The notes under the pieces were generated by a model. It saw only the letters and a list, made by a program, of their open reading frames with translations. It was not told where the DNA came from and ran no database searches. A program made the translations under genes and the position numbers. 64,000 nucleotides of DNA, from positions 480,001 to 544,000 of the forward strand of contig OZ257142.1 in assembly GCA_965279035.1 (NCBI GenBank), read 5' to 3'. Positions 40,091 through 49,063 of the stretch are shown here, one piece after another. Position 1 is the first letter of the stretch. Each line of letters starts with the position of its first letter. The DNA comes from Bacteroidia bacterium (lineage in GTDB: Bacteria; Bacteroidota; Bacteroidia; M30B66).

Positions 40091-40471
40091 ATGGTAAACG
40101 ATCCCGACAAATCCCGATTTTTCGCCGACTTGCGTGAACTCATTGTGGATTATCTTCAAAATCGAGCTGACTTAACGCGAGCACTTGCATTTGAGAAAAT
40201 TGCCCGAATAGTTGCCTACTTGGTTATTGGAGTTATTCTAGCTCTTCTTTTCTTTTTTGGATTGCTGTTTTTAAGTTTTATGCTCGGCTATTATTTGAGT
40301 GAACAGCTTAACAGTCAGCTTGCCGGTTTTGGAATAATTGCCGGAATGTACTTTTTAGCATTTGCCTTCATTTTCGTGTTTCGCGAACGGCTTTTTGCTA
40401 AAACAATCGTTGATTCTATAATTCGAATCTTGTATGAACGCCAATTAGAAGACGATGAAGAAGAAGCGTAA
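40091..40471 (+). CDS. Two-TM membrane protein, YqjE-like ('phage holin family 3.6')
   Basis: N-terminal amphipathic helix (DYLQNRADL) and two TM segments; paired with a YqjK-like small gene. Confidence 0.6.
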   Translation: MVNDPDKSRFFADLRELIVDYLQNRADLTRALAFEKIARIVAYLVIGVILALLFFFGLLFLSFMLGYYLSEQLNSQLAGFGIIAGMYFLAFAFIFVFRERLFAKTIVDSIIRILYERQLEDDEEEA

Positions 40472-40784
40472 AATCGAAAATCTAGATGACCTTAAATTGG
40501 AGCAGGCGCGGCTTCGGATGGAAGTTCGTCAATCAGAAAAAGTGATTAGCGAGCGCATGGAATATCTTCGAAAGAACTATCCTTCCATTTTACTCATGCA
40601 AGTATTGCCATTTGAAGATCGGAAAAAGGAAATTATATTAAGCGGATTAGGGCTAGCTGCAAGTCTCTTCATGGGACGAATAGCCGAATCAGGAAAAGAG
40701 CTCCTGGAAAGGAATCTCCAGAAGCTCTTACAATGGGTGAGTAAAAAATTTGGTGGCTCTTCAGAACCTAAATCAGAAGATTAA
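40455..40784 (+). CDS. Small hypothetical protein, YqjK-like
   Basis: IENLDDLKLEQARLRMEV coiled N-terminus and a short hydrophobic segment; overlaps the upstream gene. Confidence 0.55.
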   Translation: MKKKRKIENLDDLKLEQARLRMEVRQSEKVISERMEYLRKNYPSILLMQVLPFEDRKKEIILSGLGLAASLFMGRIAESGKELLERNLQKLLQWVSKKFGGSSEPKSED

Positions 40785-42139
40785 CCAAGCGCTTCGATGA
40801 TGTCATACTTCGTAATAATATGAACCGCTCCAAGCATATCGCGAACTAATACCGCTTCATTTTCGCGGTTTATTTGTTTCGATACTTCCTCCAATTTTGA
40901 TTGAGGATTTACAAATGGAAATGATTTCTGCATTAAATCACTTACACGCGCTTGTTTCAATTCGGGATTGTCGCAAATGCTTGCATATAAATGACTATCG
41001 CTTAAAGAACCCACAAAATCAGCTCCCGATTTCACTGGTATTTGAGATACGTCAAACTTGCGCATGATGGCAAAGGCTTCTCCTACCGAATCTTCCGCAT
41101 CAACCGTTACTAATTTTAAATGCTTGTGACGCTCAATGAGGTCGATAGCTTTCGGAGATTTCTCTTCCAAGAATCCACGATCACGCATCCAATCATCGTT
41201 GAACATTTTGCCTAAGTAGCGAGTGCCATGATCATGGAAAATAACCACAACTACATCGCCTTCCTTAAACATATCTTTCATCTGTAGCAATCCAGCCATA
41301 GCCGAACCAGCTGAGTTTCCTGCAAAAATGCCTTCTTCACGAGGAATACGACGAGTCATCACCGCCGCATCTTTATCCGTTACTTTTTCAAAATGATCGA
41401 TCACATTAAAATCGACATTCTGTGGTAGAAAATCTTCTCCAATACCTTCGGTGATGTATGGATAGATTTCGTTCTTATCGAAAATGCCGGTTTCTTTATA
41501 TTTCTTGAAAACCGAACCATACGTATCGATACCCAGAATTTTGATGTTTGGGTTTTTCTCTTTCAAATAGCGGCCTGTTCCGCAAATGGTTCCACCTGTT
41601 CCAACACCAACAACTAAATGCGTGATTTTCCCTTCGGTTTGCTCCCAAATTTCAGGACCGGTTTGTTCGTAATGCGCTTGTGAATTGCTTAGGTTGTCGT
41701 ACTGATTCGGCTTCCAAGAATTTGGAACTTCAGCAATTAGTCGACTCGATACGGAATAGTATGAGCTTGGATCTTCAGGTTCTACGTTGGTTGGACAAAC
41801 AATTACTTCCGCTCCAAAAGCGCGTAAAGCATCCACTTTTTCTTTGGATTGTTTATCGGTAGTGGTGAAAATGCATTTGTATCCTTTAATAACAGCAGCA
41901 ATGGCGAGTCCCATGCCTGTATTTCCACTTGTTCCTTCGATAATGGTTCCTCCAGGTTGAAGTCGCCCATCTTTTTCAGCATCCTCAATCATCTTCAAGG
42001 CCATACGATCCTTAATAGAATTGCCCGGATTGGTTGTTTCGATTTTAGCAAGAACGATTGCCGGAATGTCTTTGGTGATTCTGTTGATTTTTACCAAAGG
42101 CGTATTACCGATAGTTTCGAGGATGTTTTTATAATACAT
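40781..42139 (-). CDS. Cystathionine beta-synthase-like PLP enzyme with C-terminal CBS pair
   Basis: IGNTPLVKI, NPGNSIKDR (PLP Lys), TSGNTG and GVGTGGT motifs; C-terminal CBS domains (MRKFDVSQIPV...IITKYDII). Confidence 0.9.
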   Translation of the reverse strand: MYYKNILETIGNTPLVKINRITKDIPAIVLAKIETTNPGNSIKDRMALKMIEDAEKDGRLQPGGTIIEGTSGNTGMGLAIAAVIKGYKCIFTTTDKQSKEKVDALRAFGAEVIVCPTNVEPEDPSSYYSVSSRLIAEVPNSWKPNQYDNLSNSQAHYEQTGPEIWEQTEGKITHLVVGVGTGGTICGTGRYLKEKNPNIKILGIDTYGSVFKKYKETGIFDKNEIYPYITEGIGEDFLPQNVDFNVIDHFEKVTDKDAAVMTRRIPREEGIFAGNSAGSAMAGLLQMKDMFKEGDVVVVIFHDHGTRYLGKMFNDDWMRDRGFLEEKSPKAIDLIERHKHLKLVTVDAEDSVGEAFAIMRKFDVSQIPVKSGADFVGSLSDSHLYASICDNPELKQARVSDLMQKSFPFVNPQSKLEEVSKQINRENEAVLVRDMLGAVHIITKYDIIEALG

Positions 42140-42211
42140 GCGGCAAAGGTAGAAATTACGGAAATTGCGGGACTATCCTACACCATATTCTCTGAATTAA
42201 TTTATTTCTGA

Positions 42212-43021
42212 ATGAATCAACCTGATAAAACAACTATTACCGACATGCTTGGGCGCAACTTAGCCATTAAGAAAACTCTTAAACGCATTGTTTCGGTTGT
42301 TCCATCTCAAACAGAGTTGTTGTATGATTTAGGATTAGAAGAAGAAGTGGTTGGAATCACCAAGTTTTGTATTCACCCAGATGAGTGGTTTCATTCTAAA
42401 ACACGCGTAGGAGGAACGAAGAAAATCAATCAGGAAATTATCCTTAGCCTCCAACCCGATATCGTGATTGCTAACATGGAGGAAAATACGCAGTCGGAAT
42501 TGGAAGAATTGGCGAAACATGTTCCTGTATGGATTTCGGATGTGCGTAATTTGAACGATGCATTGCGGATGATTGAGCTTCTCGGAGATTTGGTTGATAA
42601 AAGCGATGAAGCAGAAAAAATCATCCTCAAAATTCGAACGGGTTTTGATCTGTTAAAACCAATGGCGAAATCTCAAAAAGCTTTGTATTTAATTTGGCGA
42701 GATCCATTCATGTCGGTTAATTCCGACACATTTATTCATGATATGATGATGCGATGTGGGTTGATCAATGTTTCGTCGGAAGCAAAAACACGCTATCCTC
42801 AATTGAGTCCGGAACAAGTTCATGCGCTGAATCCGGATTTGGTCTTGCTTTCATCAGAACCATTTCCTTTTGCAGAAAAGCACATAGCTGAAATTCAACG
42901 ATTATTACCTAAAGCCCGAATTGGCTTGGTTGATGGAGAAGCGTTTTCTTGGTATGGTAGCAGATTGACCCAATCGGCACCATATTTCAAACAACTCATT
43001 CGATTTTGGGATGTAAAATAA
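42212..43021 (+). CDS. Helical-backbone metal/cobalamin-binding receptor (BtuF-like)
   Basis: RIVSVVPSQTELLYDLG, VGITKFCIHP, VGGTK, LSSEPFPF and VDGEAFSWYGSR motifs. Confidence 0.85.
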   Translation: MNQPDKTTITDMLGRNLAIKKTLKRIVSVVPSQTELLYDLGLEEEVVGITKFCIHPDEWFHSKTRVGGTKKINQEIILSLQPDIVIANMEENTQSELEELAKHVPVWISDVRNLNDALRMIELLGDLVDKSDEAEKIILKIRTGFDLLKPMAKSQKALYLIWRDPFMSVNSDTFIHDMMMRCGLINVSSEAKTRYPQLSPEQVHALNPDLVLLSSEPFPFAEKHIAEIQRLLPKARIGLVDGEAFSWYGSRLTQSAPYFKQLIRFWDVK

Positions 43022-43124
43022 ATTATGTTTCGGATTATCAAGCGATTGAAGAATAATTTAGAAAAGTAAAAATCCAAGAGTACAGTTAAGAACGTAGTTA
43101 ATCACAACCCAAAAATCTTCGGTT

Positions 43125-43514
43125 ATGGTTAAGCTAATTTTTACAGGTATTTTACTCATTGGAGTAAGCGCTTATTATACATTAAACTCAGAACCCGATC
43201 GTATTGGTCCTGAAATAAAACCAATTGAATTAGCCGCATTCTCGCTTCCTAAAAATAACTCAGTAAAAGATTCAAGCTCAATAGAAACGGCTTTAAGTTC
43301 TCTGAAAGGAATTACGGGATCTGCCATCAATCGGAAGTCTGGAATTGTTTCCATTACCTATTATCCAGATCAATTAAATCCAGACCGACTTCAAAAAGTA
43401 TTGTCATCAAGTGTTGGCAGCACTATCTCAAAACATCAATTTCCTAAAGTCGCAAATGGATGTCCCTTTCATGAAGGAGGAACTTTCTCATGGTTAGGCA
43501 AACTGTTCAACTAA
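43125..43514 (+). CDS. Membrane-anchored hypothetical protein with HMA-like fold (no CxxC) and a C-terminal GCPFH motif
   Basis: N-terminal hydrophobic anchor; IETALSSLKGITGSAINRKSGIVSITYYPDQLNPDRLQKVL follows the HMA beta-alpha-beta-beta-alpha pattern. Confidence 0.55.
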   Translation: MVKLIFTGILLIGVSAYYTLNSEPDRIGPEIKPIELAAFSLPKNNSVKDSSSIETALSSLKGITGSAINRKSGIVSITYYPDQLNPDRLQKVLSSSVGSTISKHQFPKVANGCPFHEGGTFSWLGKLFN

Positions 43515-43533
43515 ACCTTTAATTTCCATTCAT

Positions 43534-44019
43534 ATGAAAAATGTCCCACGTTTACTTCTTTTGTTATTATTAACTGGATCTAGTGTTTTTGTGAGTTGTA
43601 AAAAAGACGAAGACCCTGTTGTTACACCAACACCAACTCCAACTCCAACCCCTAGTTTGTATACTCGTCTTGGTGGTGTACAAGCAATTTCAGCTGTTAC
43701 TGATAAGTTCTTAGCAAATGTTGCAGCCGATAATGTAATAAACGCGCGTTTTGCTGAAACAGTAGCTAATCCATCCCGTTTGGAATTGTTACGCCTCAAT
43801 CTGATTGATCAGATTTGTGCTGGATCGGGTGGTCCTTGTATTTACAAAGGAGAAACGATGCTTGTTGCCCATTCGGGAATGAATATTACCAATGACGAAT
43901 TTGGTGCTTTAGTTGGGGATTTAATCGCCGCCCTCGATTTTTATACAGTTCCTCAGAAAGAGAAAGATGAATTAATTGCTATTCTAGGACCGATGCAATC
44001 GGATATTGTTGGGCACTAA
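43534..44019 (+). CDS. Lipoprotein group I truncated hemoglobin (trHbN/GlbN-like)
   Basis: Lipobox VFVS-C-KKDED and a PT linker, then SLYTRLGG...GGP.Y.G..M..AH.GMNIT..EF..LV.DL..AL, the group I 2/2 globin signature with proximal His. Confidence 0.88.
   Translation: MKNVPRLLLLLLLTGSSVFVSCKKDEDPVVTPTPTPTPTPSLYTRLGGVQAISAVTDKFLANVAADNVINARFAETVANPSRLELLRLNLIDQICAGSGGPCIYKGETMLVAHSGMNITNDEFGALVGDLIAALDFYTVPQKEKDELIAILGPMQSDIVGH
43624..43653 (+). repeat. Coding Thr-Pro tandem repeat (ACACCA/ACTCCA hexamers), linker of the hemoglobin
   Basis: acaccaacaccaactccaactccaacccct encodes TPTPTPTPTP. Confidence 0.8.
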
Positions 44020-44193
44020 TTTATTTCCTACAAAACGGTCGAGTCTAAAGCTGATTTTGGTTTTGATACGTTCTCAAGCAAAGGATTTCGACCGTTTATT
44101 TTTTTCATATTCAATAAGAGCAATCTTTCATCATAGAAGGAAAAAATGTAGGTTTGGAGATTAGAAGACGGTTTTTTCCGTTTTCAAATTTCT

Positions 44194-46482
44194 GTGTTGA
44201 ATTTTCGATTATTTCTCTGCTTCATCTTGTTTGCGCCCATTTTTTTAAAAGCGCAAAAAGTGGGTGTTGTTCTTAGCGGAGGCGGCTCTAGTGGACTAGC
44301 TCACGTTGGGGTTCTAAAGGCTCTCGAAGAAGCACATATTCCAATCGATTATATTGCTGGAACTTCCATGGGCGCGCTTGTTGGCGGTCTCTATGCCATG
44401 GGTTATTCTCCTAATCAAATTGAAGAATTAGTTAAGAGTGATGAATTTAAAGGTTGGGTATTCGGAAAGCCAGTTGAACGTTATGTGTATTTCTTTCGCG
44501 AACGCGAACCTGATGCTAGTTGGGTTGGGATAAAATTCCGAATTGATTCAGTAATTCAAACACGCTTTCCAACGAACATTATTTCTCCATCCAATATGGA
44601 TTTTGCTTTTTTGGAGAGAACCTCTGCAATAAGTGCTGCTGCTAAATACAATTTCGATAGCTTGTTTGTTCCCTTTCGATGCGTCGCTGCGGATATTTAT
44701 AACAAAGCAGAAGTTGTTTTCAAAGATGGAGATGTTGGCCAGGCTATGCGAGCTTCTTCTACCTATCCATTTTTCTATAAACCAATTGTTGTAGATGACA
44801 AATTGCTTTTCGATGGTGGTTTGTATAATAATTTCCCAGCCGATGTGATGTATCGTGATTTTTTGCCAGACGTCATCATTGGAAGCACCGTTGCATCTGA
44901 AATAAAACCGCCTCAAGAAGAAGACATTCTATCTCAAATTAAAAATATGTTGATGGATAGAACCAGTTATGGTGAAGTATGTGAGACAGATCATATGATC
45001 ATTATTAAACCTTTGATTCCCAAAGTGGCAATCCTCGACTTTGATCAAACAAATGCCATTGTTGAAGGAGGATATCAGAGTACAATTGCTCGCCTTCCCC
45101 AATTAATGACTATGATTAGTCGACGTCAAGATTCACTTGTATTGGTTGAACGTAGGAAGGTTTTTAAGGAAAAACAAAAGCCTGTAGTGATTGATGATAT
45201 TCATATTGAAGGCTTAAGTAAAAATCAGGTAAATTATATCAAACGAGCATTTGGTGAAAAAGCTTTTCCTGTTACAATAGAAGATATTCGCCCTTATTTT
45301 TATCGAGTTGCCTATGATGATCGGATTAAAAAAATCCACCCAACAGCGATACTCGACACCAACGATGGTCATTTTCTGTTGAATCTAAAAATGAAGGTTG
45401 ATAAAGATCTTCAGGCCCAATTTGGTGGATTGATTTCCTCTAGGCCAATCAATACTGGATTTGTAGCACTTCATCTAAAACGGATAAATCGAATTGGGTT
45501 AACACTTGATGCCAATTCCTATTTTGGGAAATTCTATGGTTCACTTCAAGTAAAAGCGACACTCGATTATCCTTTCAAATTGCCTTTTCAAGTAGAAACC
45601 GATTTTACCTTAAACAACTTCGATTATTTCTATAGTTCAAGTACCTTTTTTGAAGATGTAAAACCTTCTTATTTAATTCAATATGACCGTTCAATTACAG
45701 GTGCAATTGTATTTCCTTGGAGGAATAAATCAAGAATGAAAGTTGGATTAACTGGAGCAAGAATGTTTGATGATTATTATCAAACACAAAATTTTACCAC
45801 AGCCGATACAGCCGACCGAACCAATTTCAACCATGGTTCTTTTTGGATGAATTTTGAACGCAACACCTTGAATCGGAAGATGTACGCCAATACGGGTTCA
45901 CAGTTTTTTGTGAAATTCAGGTATTTAGCTGGACAGGAATACAATAATCCAGGAAGTACTTCTCAATTAACAGATGAATACCGTCGCATTCACGATTTCT
46001 GGAGATTGAGAACAGTTTACGATGTTTACTTCAATAAGCGAGGACGAGTGCATATTGGGTTTTATGGAGAAGCTGTTATTTCAAATCAACCATTATTCAA
46101 CAACTTTACAGCGAGCTTACTACAATCGGCCGCTTTTTCACCAATTCCTGAGAGTAGAACCTTGTTTCAATCTCAATTTCGTTCGCATAATTATGCAGCA
46201 ACAGGACTAAAAGCAATCCTAAGTTTCACATCGCGTTTGGATCTTCGAATGGAAGGATATATTTACCAACCACATCGAGTGATTCTTCAAAATACCGATT
46301 TAACGGCCTATTATGGTGAGCCATTTAGCAAACGTTATTTTATGGCTTCTGCAGTATTGGTTTATCATTCACCCATTGCTCCAATTGCAATTAGCGCTAA
46401 TTTCTACGATCAAAGTGCGAATCCAATTTCAATCATTTTCACCACCGGTTTCTTAATATTCAACCGAAGAGCTTTTGATTAA
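44194..46482 (+). CDS. Patatin-like phospholipase with POTRA/beta-barrel C-terminus (PlpD-like)
   Basis: VLSGGGSSG, GTSMG (catalytic Ser) and DGG motifs, then a long beta-strand-rich C-terminal region. Confidence 0.85.
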   Translation: MLNFRLFLCFILFAPIFLKAQKVGVVLSGGGSSGLAHVGVLKALEEAHIPIDYIAGTSMGALVGGLYAMGYSPNQIEELVKSDEFKGWVFGKPVERYVYFFREREPDASWVGIKFRIDSVIQTRFPTNIISPSNMDFAFLERTSAISAAAKYNFDSLFVPFRCVAADIYNKAEVVFKDGDVGQAMRASSTYPFFYKPIVVDDKLLFDGGLYNNFPADVMYRDFLPDVIIGSTVASEIKPPQEEDILSQIKNMLMDRTSYGEVCETDHMIIIKPLIPKVAILDFDQTNAIVEGGYQSTIARLPQLMTMISRRQDSLVLVERRKVFKEKQKPVVIDDIHIEGLSKNQVNYIKRAFGEKAFPVTIEDIRPYFYRVAYDDRIKKIHPTAILDTNDGHFLLNLKMKVDKDLQAQFGGLISSRPINTGFVALHLKRINRIGLTLDANSYFGKFYGSLQVKATLDYPFKLPFQVETDFTLNNFDYFYSSSTFFEDVKPSYLIQYDRSITGAIVFPWRNKSRMKVGLTGARMFDDYYQTQNFTTADTADRTNFNHGSFWMNFERNTLNRKMYANTGSQFFVKFRYLAGQEYNNPGSTSQLTDEYRRIHDFWRLRTVYDVYFNKRGRVHIGFYGEAVISNQPLFNNFTASLLQSAAFSPIPESRTLFQSQFRSHNYAATGLKAILSFTSRLDLRMEGYIYQPHRVILQNTDLTAYYGEPFSKRYFMASAVLVYHSPIAPIAISANFYDQSANPISIIFTTGFLIFNRRAFD

Positions 46483-46692
46483 TTCTCATCACTGGAATTC
46501 TCCTTTCAAAAGATTTTTACTCTTATTTATACCAGTTCCTTATAGGCCTTACATCAAAAACTCGAAATAACTAAAACATAAACACCTGATAATAAGCCGA
46601 CTTAAAACGCTTCGTTAAAAAATAGTTGCAAAATAGGTAACAATACTTACATCGATAAAGTATATCCTATTCTAACCTAAACTTTTTTTATC

Positions 46693-49014
46693 ATGATGAA
46701 GCAAATTACCCTCAAAAATGGAATTCTAACAACGCTAGCAGTATTGTTAGTTAACCTGTCATCCAATGCTCAATGTGGCGGCGGCGGAAATCAATACGGA
46801 CAAGCATGTCCTGGGTTTAGAACTCAAACACAAGGTGGATGGGGTGGAAATGCCTGCGGAAACAATCCTGCAAGCTATCTACAAGCAAATTTTGCTGCCG
46901 CTTTCCCTTCTGGATTAACCATTGGTTGTACAAATAAGCTTAAGCTTAGTACTTCTACTGCCGTTAAAAACTTTTTGCCATCCGGAGGAACAGCTTCTGT
47001 GTTGCCCGCTGGAACATTAAATAATCCAACTAATTATAGCAATGTATTTGCGGGACAATTGGTTGCGGCTACTATCAATGTTCAGTTTGATCTAACTTTT
47101 GCCAATTTCGGAAGTTCTGCAACCAATTTGAAAGATCTTGTAATTGGTTCAGGAACTTTTACGGGACTTACCGTTGCTCAGGTACTTCAATTGGCCAATA
47201 ATAAAATTGGTGGTTGCGGAAACGTTACTTACACCTGCTCACAATTAAGTTCAGCTTTAGAAAGCATCAACTCTAGCTATGATAATGGATATGCTAGCGG
47301 AAGTTTCCTTCGTTGTCCAACAATCAACGTATCGGTTGTAAAAGCTGATGTTTCTTGTTTCAGTGGTTCGAATGGATCTATCAACCTAACTGTATCTGGT
47401 GGTGCAGCTCCTTATACTTACTTATGGTCAAACGGAAGTACATCAGAAGACCTTAGCGGAATTCCAGCTGGGACTTATTCTGTTACAATCCGTGATCATA
47501 ATGGTCAAAACAAATTGGCTAGCTATACTATCGGCCAACCATTAACAGCTGTAACGTCAAGCGTTTCAAATAGTGGTATGCTAGCTTGTAATGGAAACAC
47601 AAACGGATCTATCGATTTAACAGTAAGTGGCGGTACTGCTCCTTACTCTTATTCATGGAGCAATGGTGCTAGTACTCAAGATTTAAGTGGACTTGGCGCC
47701 GGAACATATTCAGTTCTAATCACAGATTCAAAAGGTTGTTCAACAACAAACAGCTCTACTATTTCTCAACCTGCTGCTCTTTCTGCTCAAGCAACTTCAA
47801 CTGCAGTTTTATGTAATGCTGGATCTACTGGGTCTATCAACTTAACAGTAATTGGTGGAACTTCACCATATACATTTGGCTGGAGCAATTCTGCAACTAG
47901 CGAAGATTTAACAGGACTTTCTACCGGAAATTATAGTGTGCTTGTAACCGATAGTAAAGGTTGTTCAACGAATGCATCTGCCTTTGTTGCTGAACCGAGT
48001 GCATTAACATTAACTGCTTCAACTTTACCATCAACTTACTGTCAGTGTAATGGTTTTGCTAGTGCAAGTGCATCAGGTGGTGTAATTCCTTATAGTTACA
48101 GTTGGTCAAACGGAACTGTTGGTGCTGCATCAACAATTGATGGTCTTTGCGGTGGAGATGCCGTTTCTGTAACCGTAACTGATTATAATGGATGTTCAGC
48201 AAGTTACAATGCTGGTTCTATTACATACCTAACTGGATGTACTGGATATTCGGTTGAAGAATATGTTCAAGGATTACGCAATAACAACACTCCAGTTGAA
48301 GCAGATCGCTCGAATCCATCTGCTGTATTGGGTTACCCAGATTTTAACAACAACCCTGGTGGTTTCTACTCTCTTGGTTTCGGTGGACACATTACAATTC
48401 GTTTAGATGGTGGAATCGTAGATCATCCAGGTAATGACCTTCGTATTTCTGAAACGACTTTCAATAGCCCAAATCCACAAGGATGTGCTAACTATCCTGA
48501 AAAAGCTCAGATTTTTGTATCAAATGATAACGTTTCATGGTACGATTTGGGAATTATTTGTCAAGATGGTGAATTGGATATCGCTCCTTTAAGCTGCATT
48601 CTTTTCGTAAAAATTGTGGATGTATCTAATCCAAACGCTTTCGGAAATCAAATTGTAGATGGTTACGATGTAGATGGAATTCAGTGTATTGCTTCAACTT
48701 CAGGTGCTCGTATGGCTGCTCCAGTAACTTCTAATACAATTACTGTAGCTCCTGCAGGCAGACAATCGTTGAATGTTTTCCCTAACCCTGCTGAAGATCG
48801 TATCTCTCTTTCGATTGGTGGTGCTAAAGAAGGACAAGCATTACAAATTTCAATTGTTGATGTAACAGGACGTGAAATGAAATCAATTTCAGTAACTCCA
48901 GAAACATCACAACAAATGTTTGAACTTACTTGCGATGGAATGGATGCAGGTATGTATTTCGTTCAAGTTAGCGGTAAGAACTTTAATCAAACAAAAAAAT
49001 TCATGAAGAAATAA
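46693..49014 (+). CDS. T9SS-secreted adhesin-like protein with SprB repeats and type A CTD
   Basis: Signal peptide, 3-4 SprB repeats (GSINLTVSGGxAPYxYxWSNG...DLSGLxAGTYSVxIxD), and CTD LNVFPNPAED...AGMYFVQV...KKFMKK. Confidence 0.85.
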   Translation: MMKQITLKNGILTTLAVLLVNLSSNAQCGGGGNQYGQACPGFRTQTQGGWGGNACGNNPASYLQANFAAAFPSGLTIGCTNKLKLSTSTAVKNFLPSGGTASVLPAGTLNNPTNYSNVFAGQLVAATINVQFDLTFANFGSSATNLKDLVIGSGTFTGLTVAQVLQLANNKIGGCGNVTYTCSQLSSALESINSSYDNGYASGSFLRCPTINVSVVKADVSCFSGSNGSINLTVSGGAAPYTYLWSNGSTSEDLSGIPAGTYSVTIRDHNGQNKLASYTIGQPLTAVTSSVSNSGMLACNGNTNGSIDLTVSGGTAPYSYSWSNGASTQDLSGLGAGTYSVLITDSKGCSTTNSSTISQPAALSAQATSTAVLCNAGSTGSINLTVIGGTSPYTFGWSNSATSEDLTGLSTGNYSVLVTDSKGCSTNASAFVAEPSALTLTASTLPSTYCQCNGFASASASGGVIPYSYSWSNGTVGAASTIDGLCGGDAVSVTVTDYNGCSASYNAGSITYLTGCTGYSVEEYVQGLRNNNTPVEADRSNPSAVLGYPDFNNNPGGFYSLGFGGHITIRLDGGIVDHPGNDLRISETTFNSPNPQGCANYPEKAQIFVSNDNVSWYDLGIICQDGELDIAPLSCILFVKIVDVSNPNAFGNQIVDGYDVDGIQCIASTSGARMAAPVTSNTITVAPAGRQSLNVFPNPAEDRISLSIGGAKEGQALQISIVDVTGREMKSISVTPETSQQMFELTCDGMDAGMYFVQVSGKNFNQTKKFMKK

Positions 49015-49028
49015 GCTTCTTCTTAATC

Positions 49029-49063
49029 AAAAGCTCGGTCAATTTTATTGACCGGGCTTTTTT
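49029..49063. terminator. Bidirectional intrinsic terminator
   Basis: AAAAGCTCGGTCAAT-ttt-ATTGACCGGGCTTTT hairpin between convergent genes. Confidence 0.85.

Noticed and set aside
40091-40784. 'Phage holin family' gene as a sign of a prophage
   Set aside because: No endolysin, structural or integrase genes are nearby. YqjE/YqjK-like pairs are ordinary chromosomal membrane proteins.
47330-48200. Repeated DNA segments suggesting an array
   Set aside because: They are degenerate coding SprB repeats. The Kelch (63.2-64 kb) and DUF349 repeats are likewise protein-level, and no CRISPR-like repeat-spacer structure was seen.
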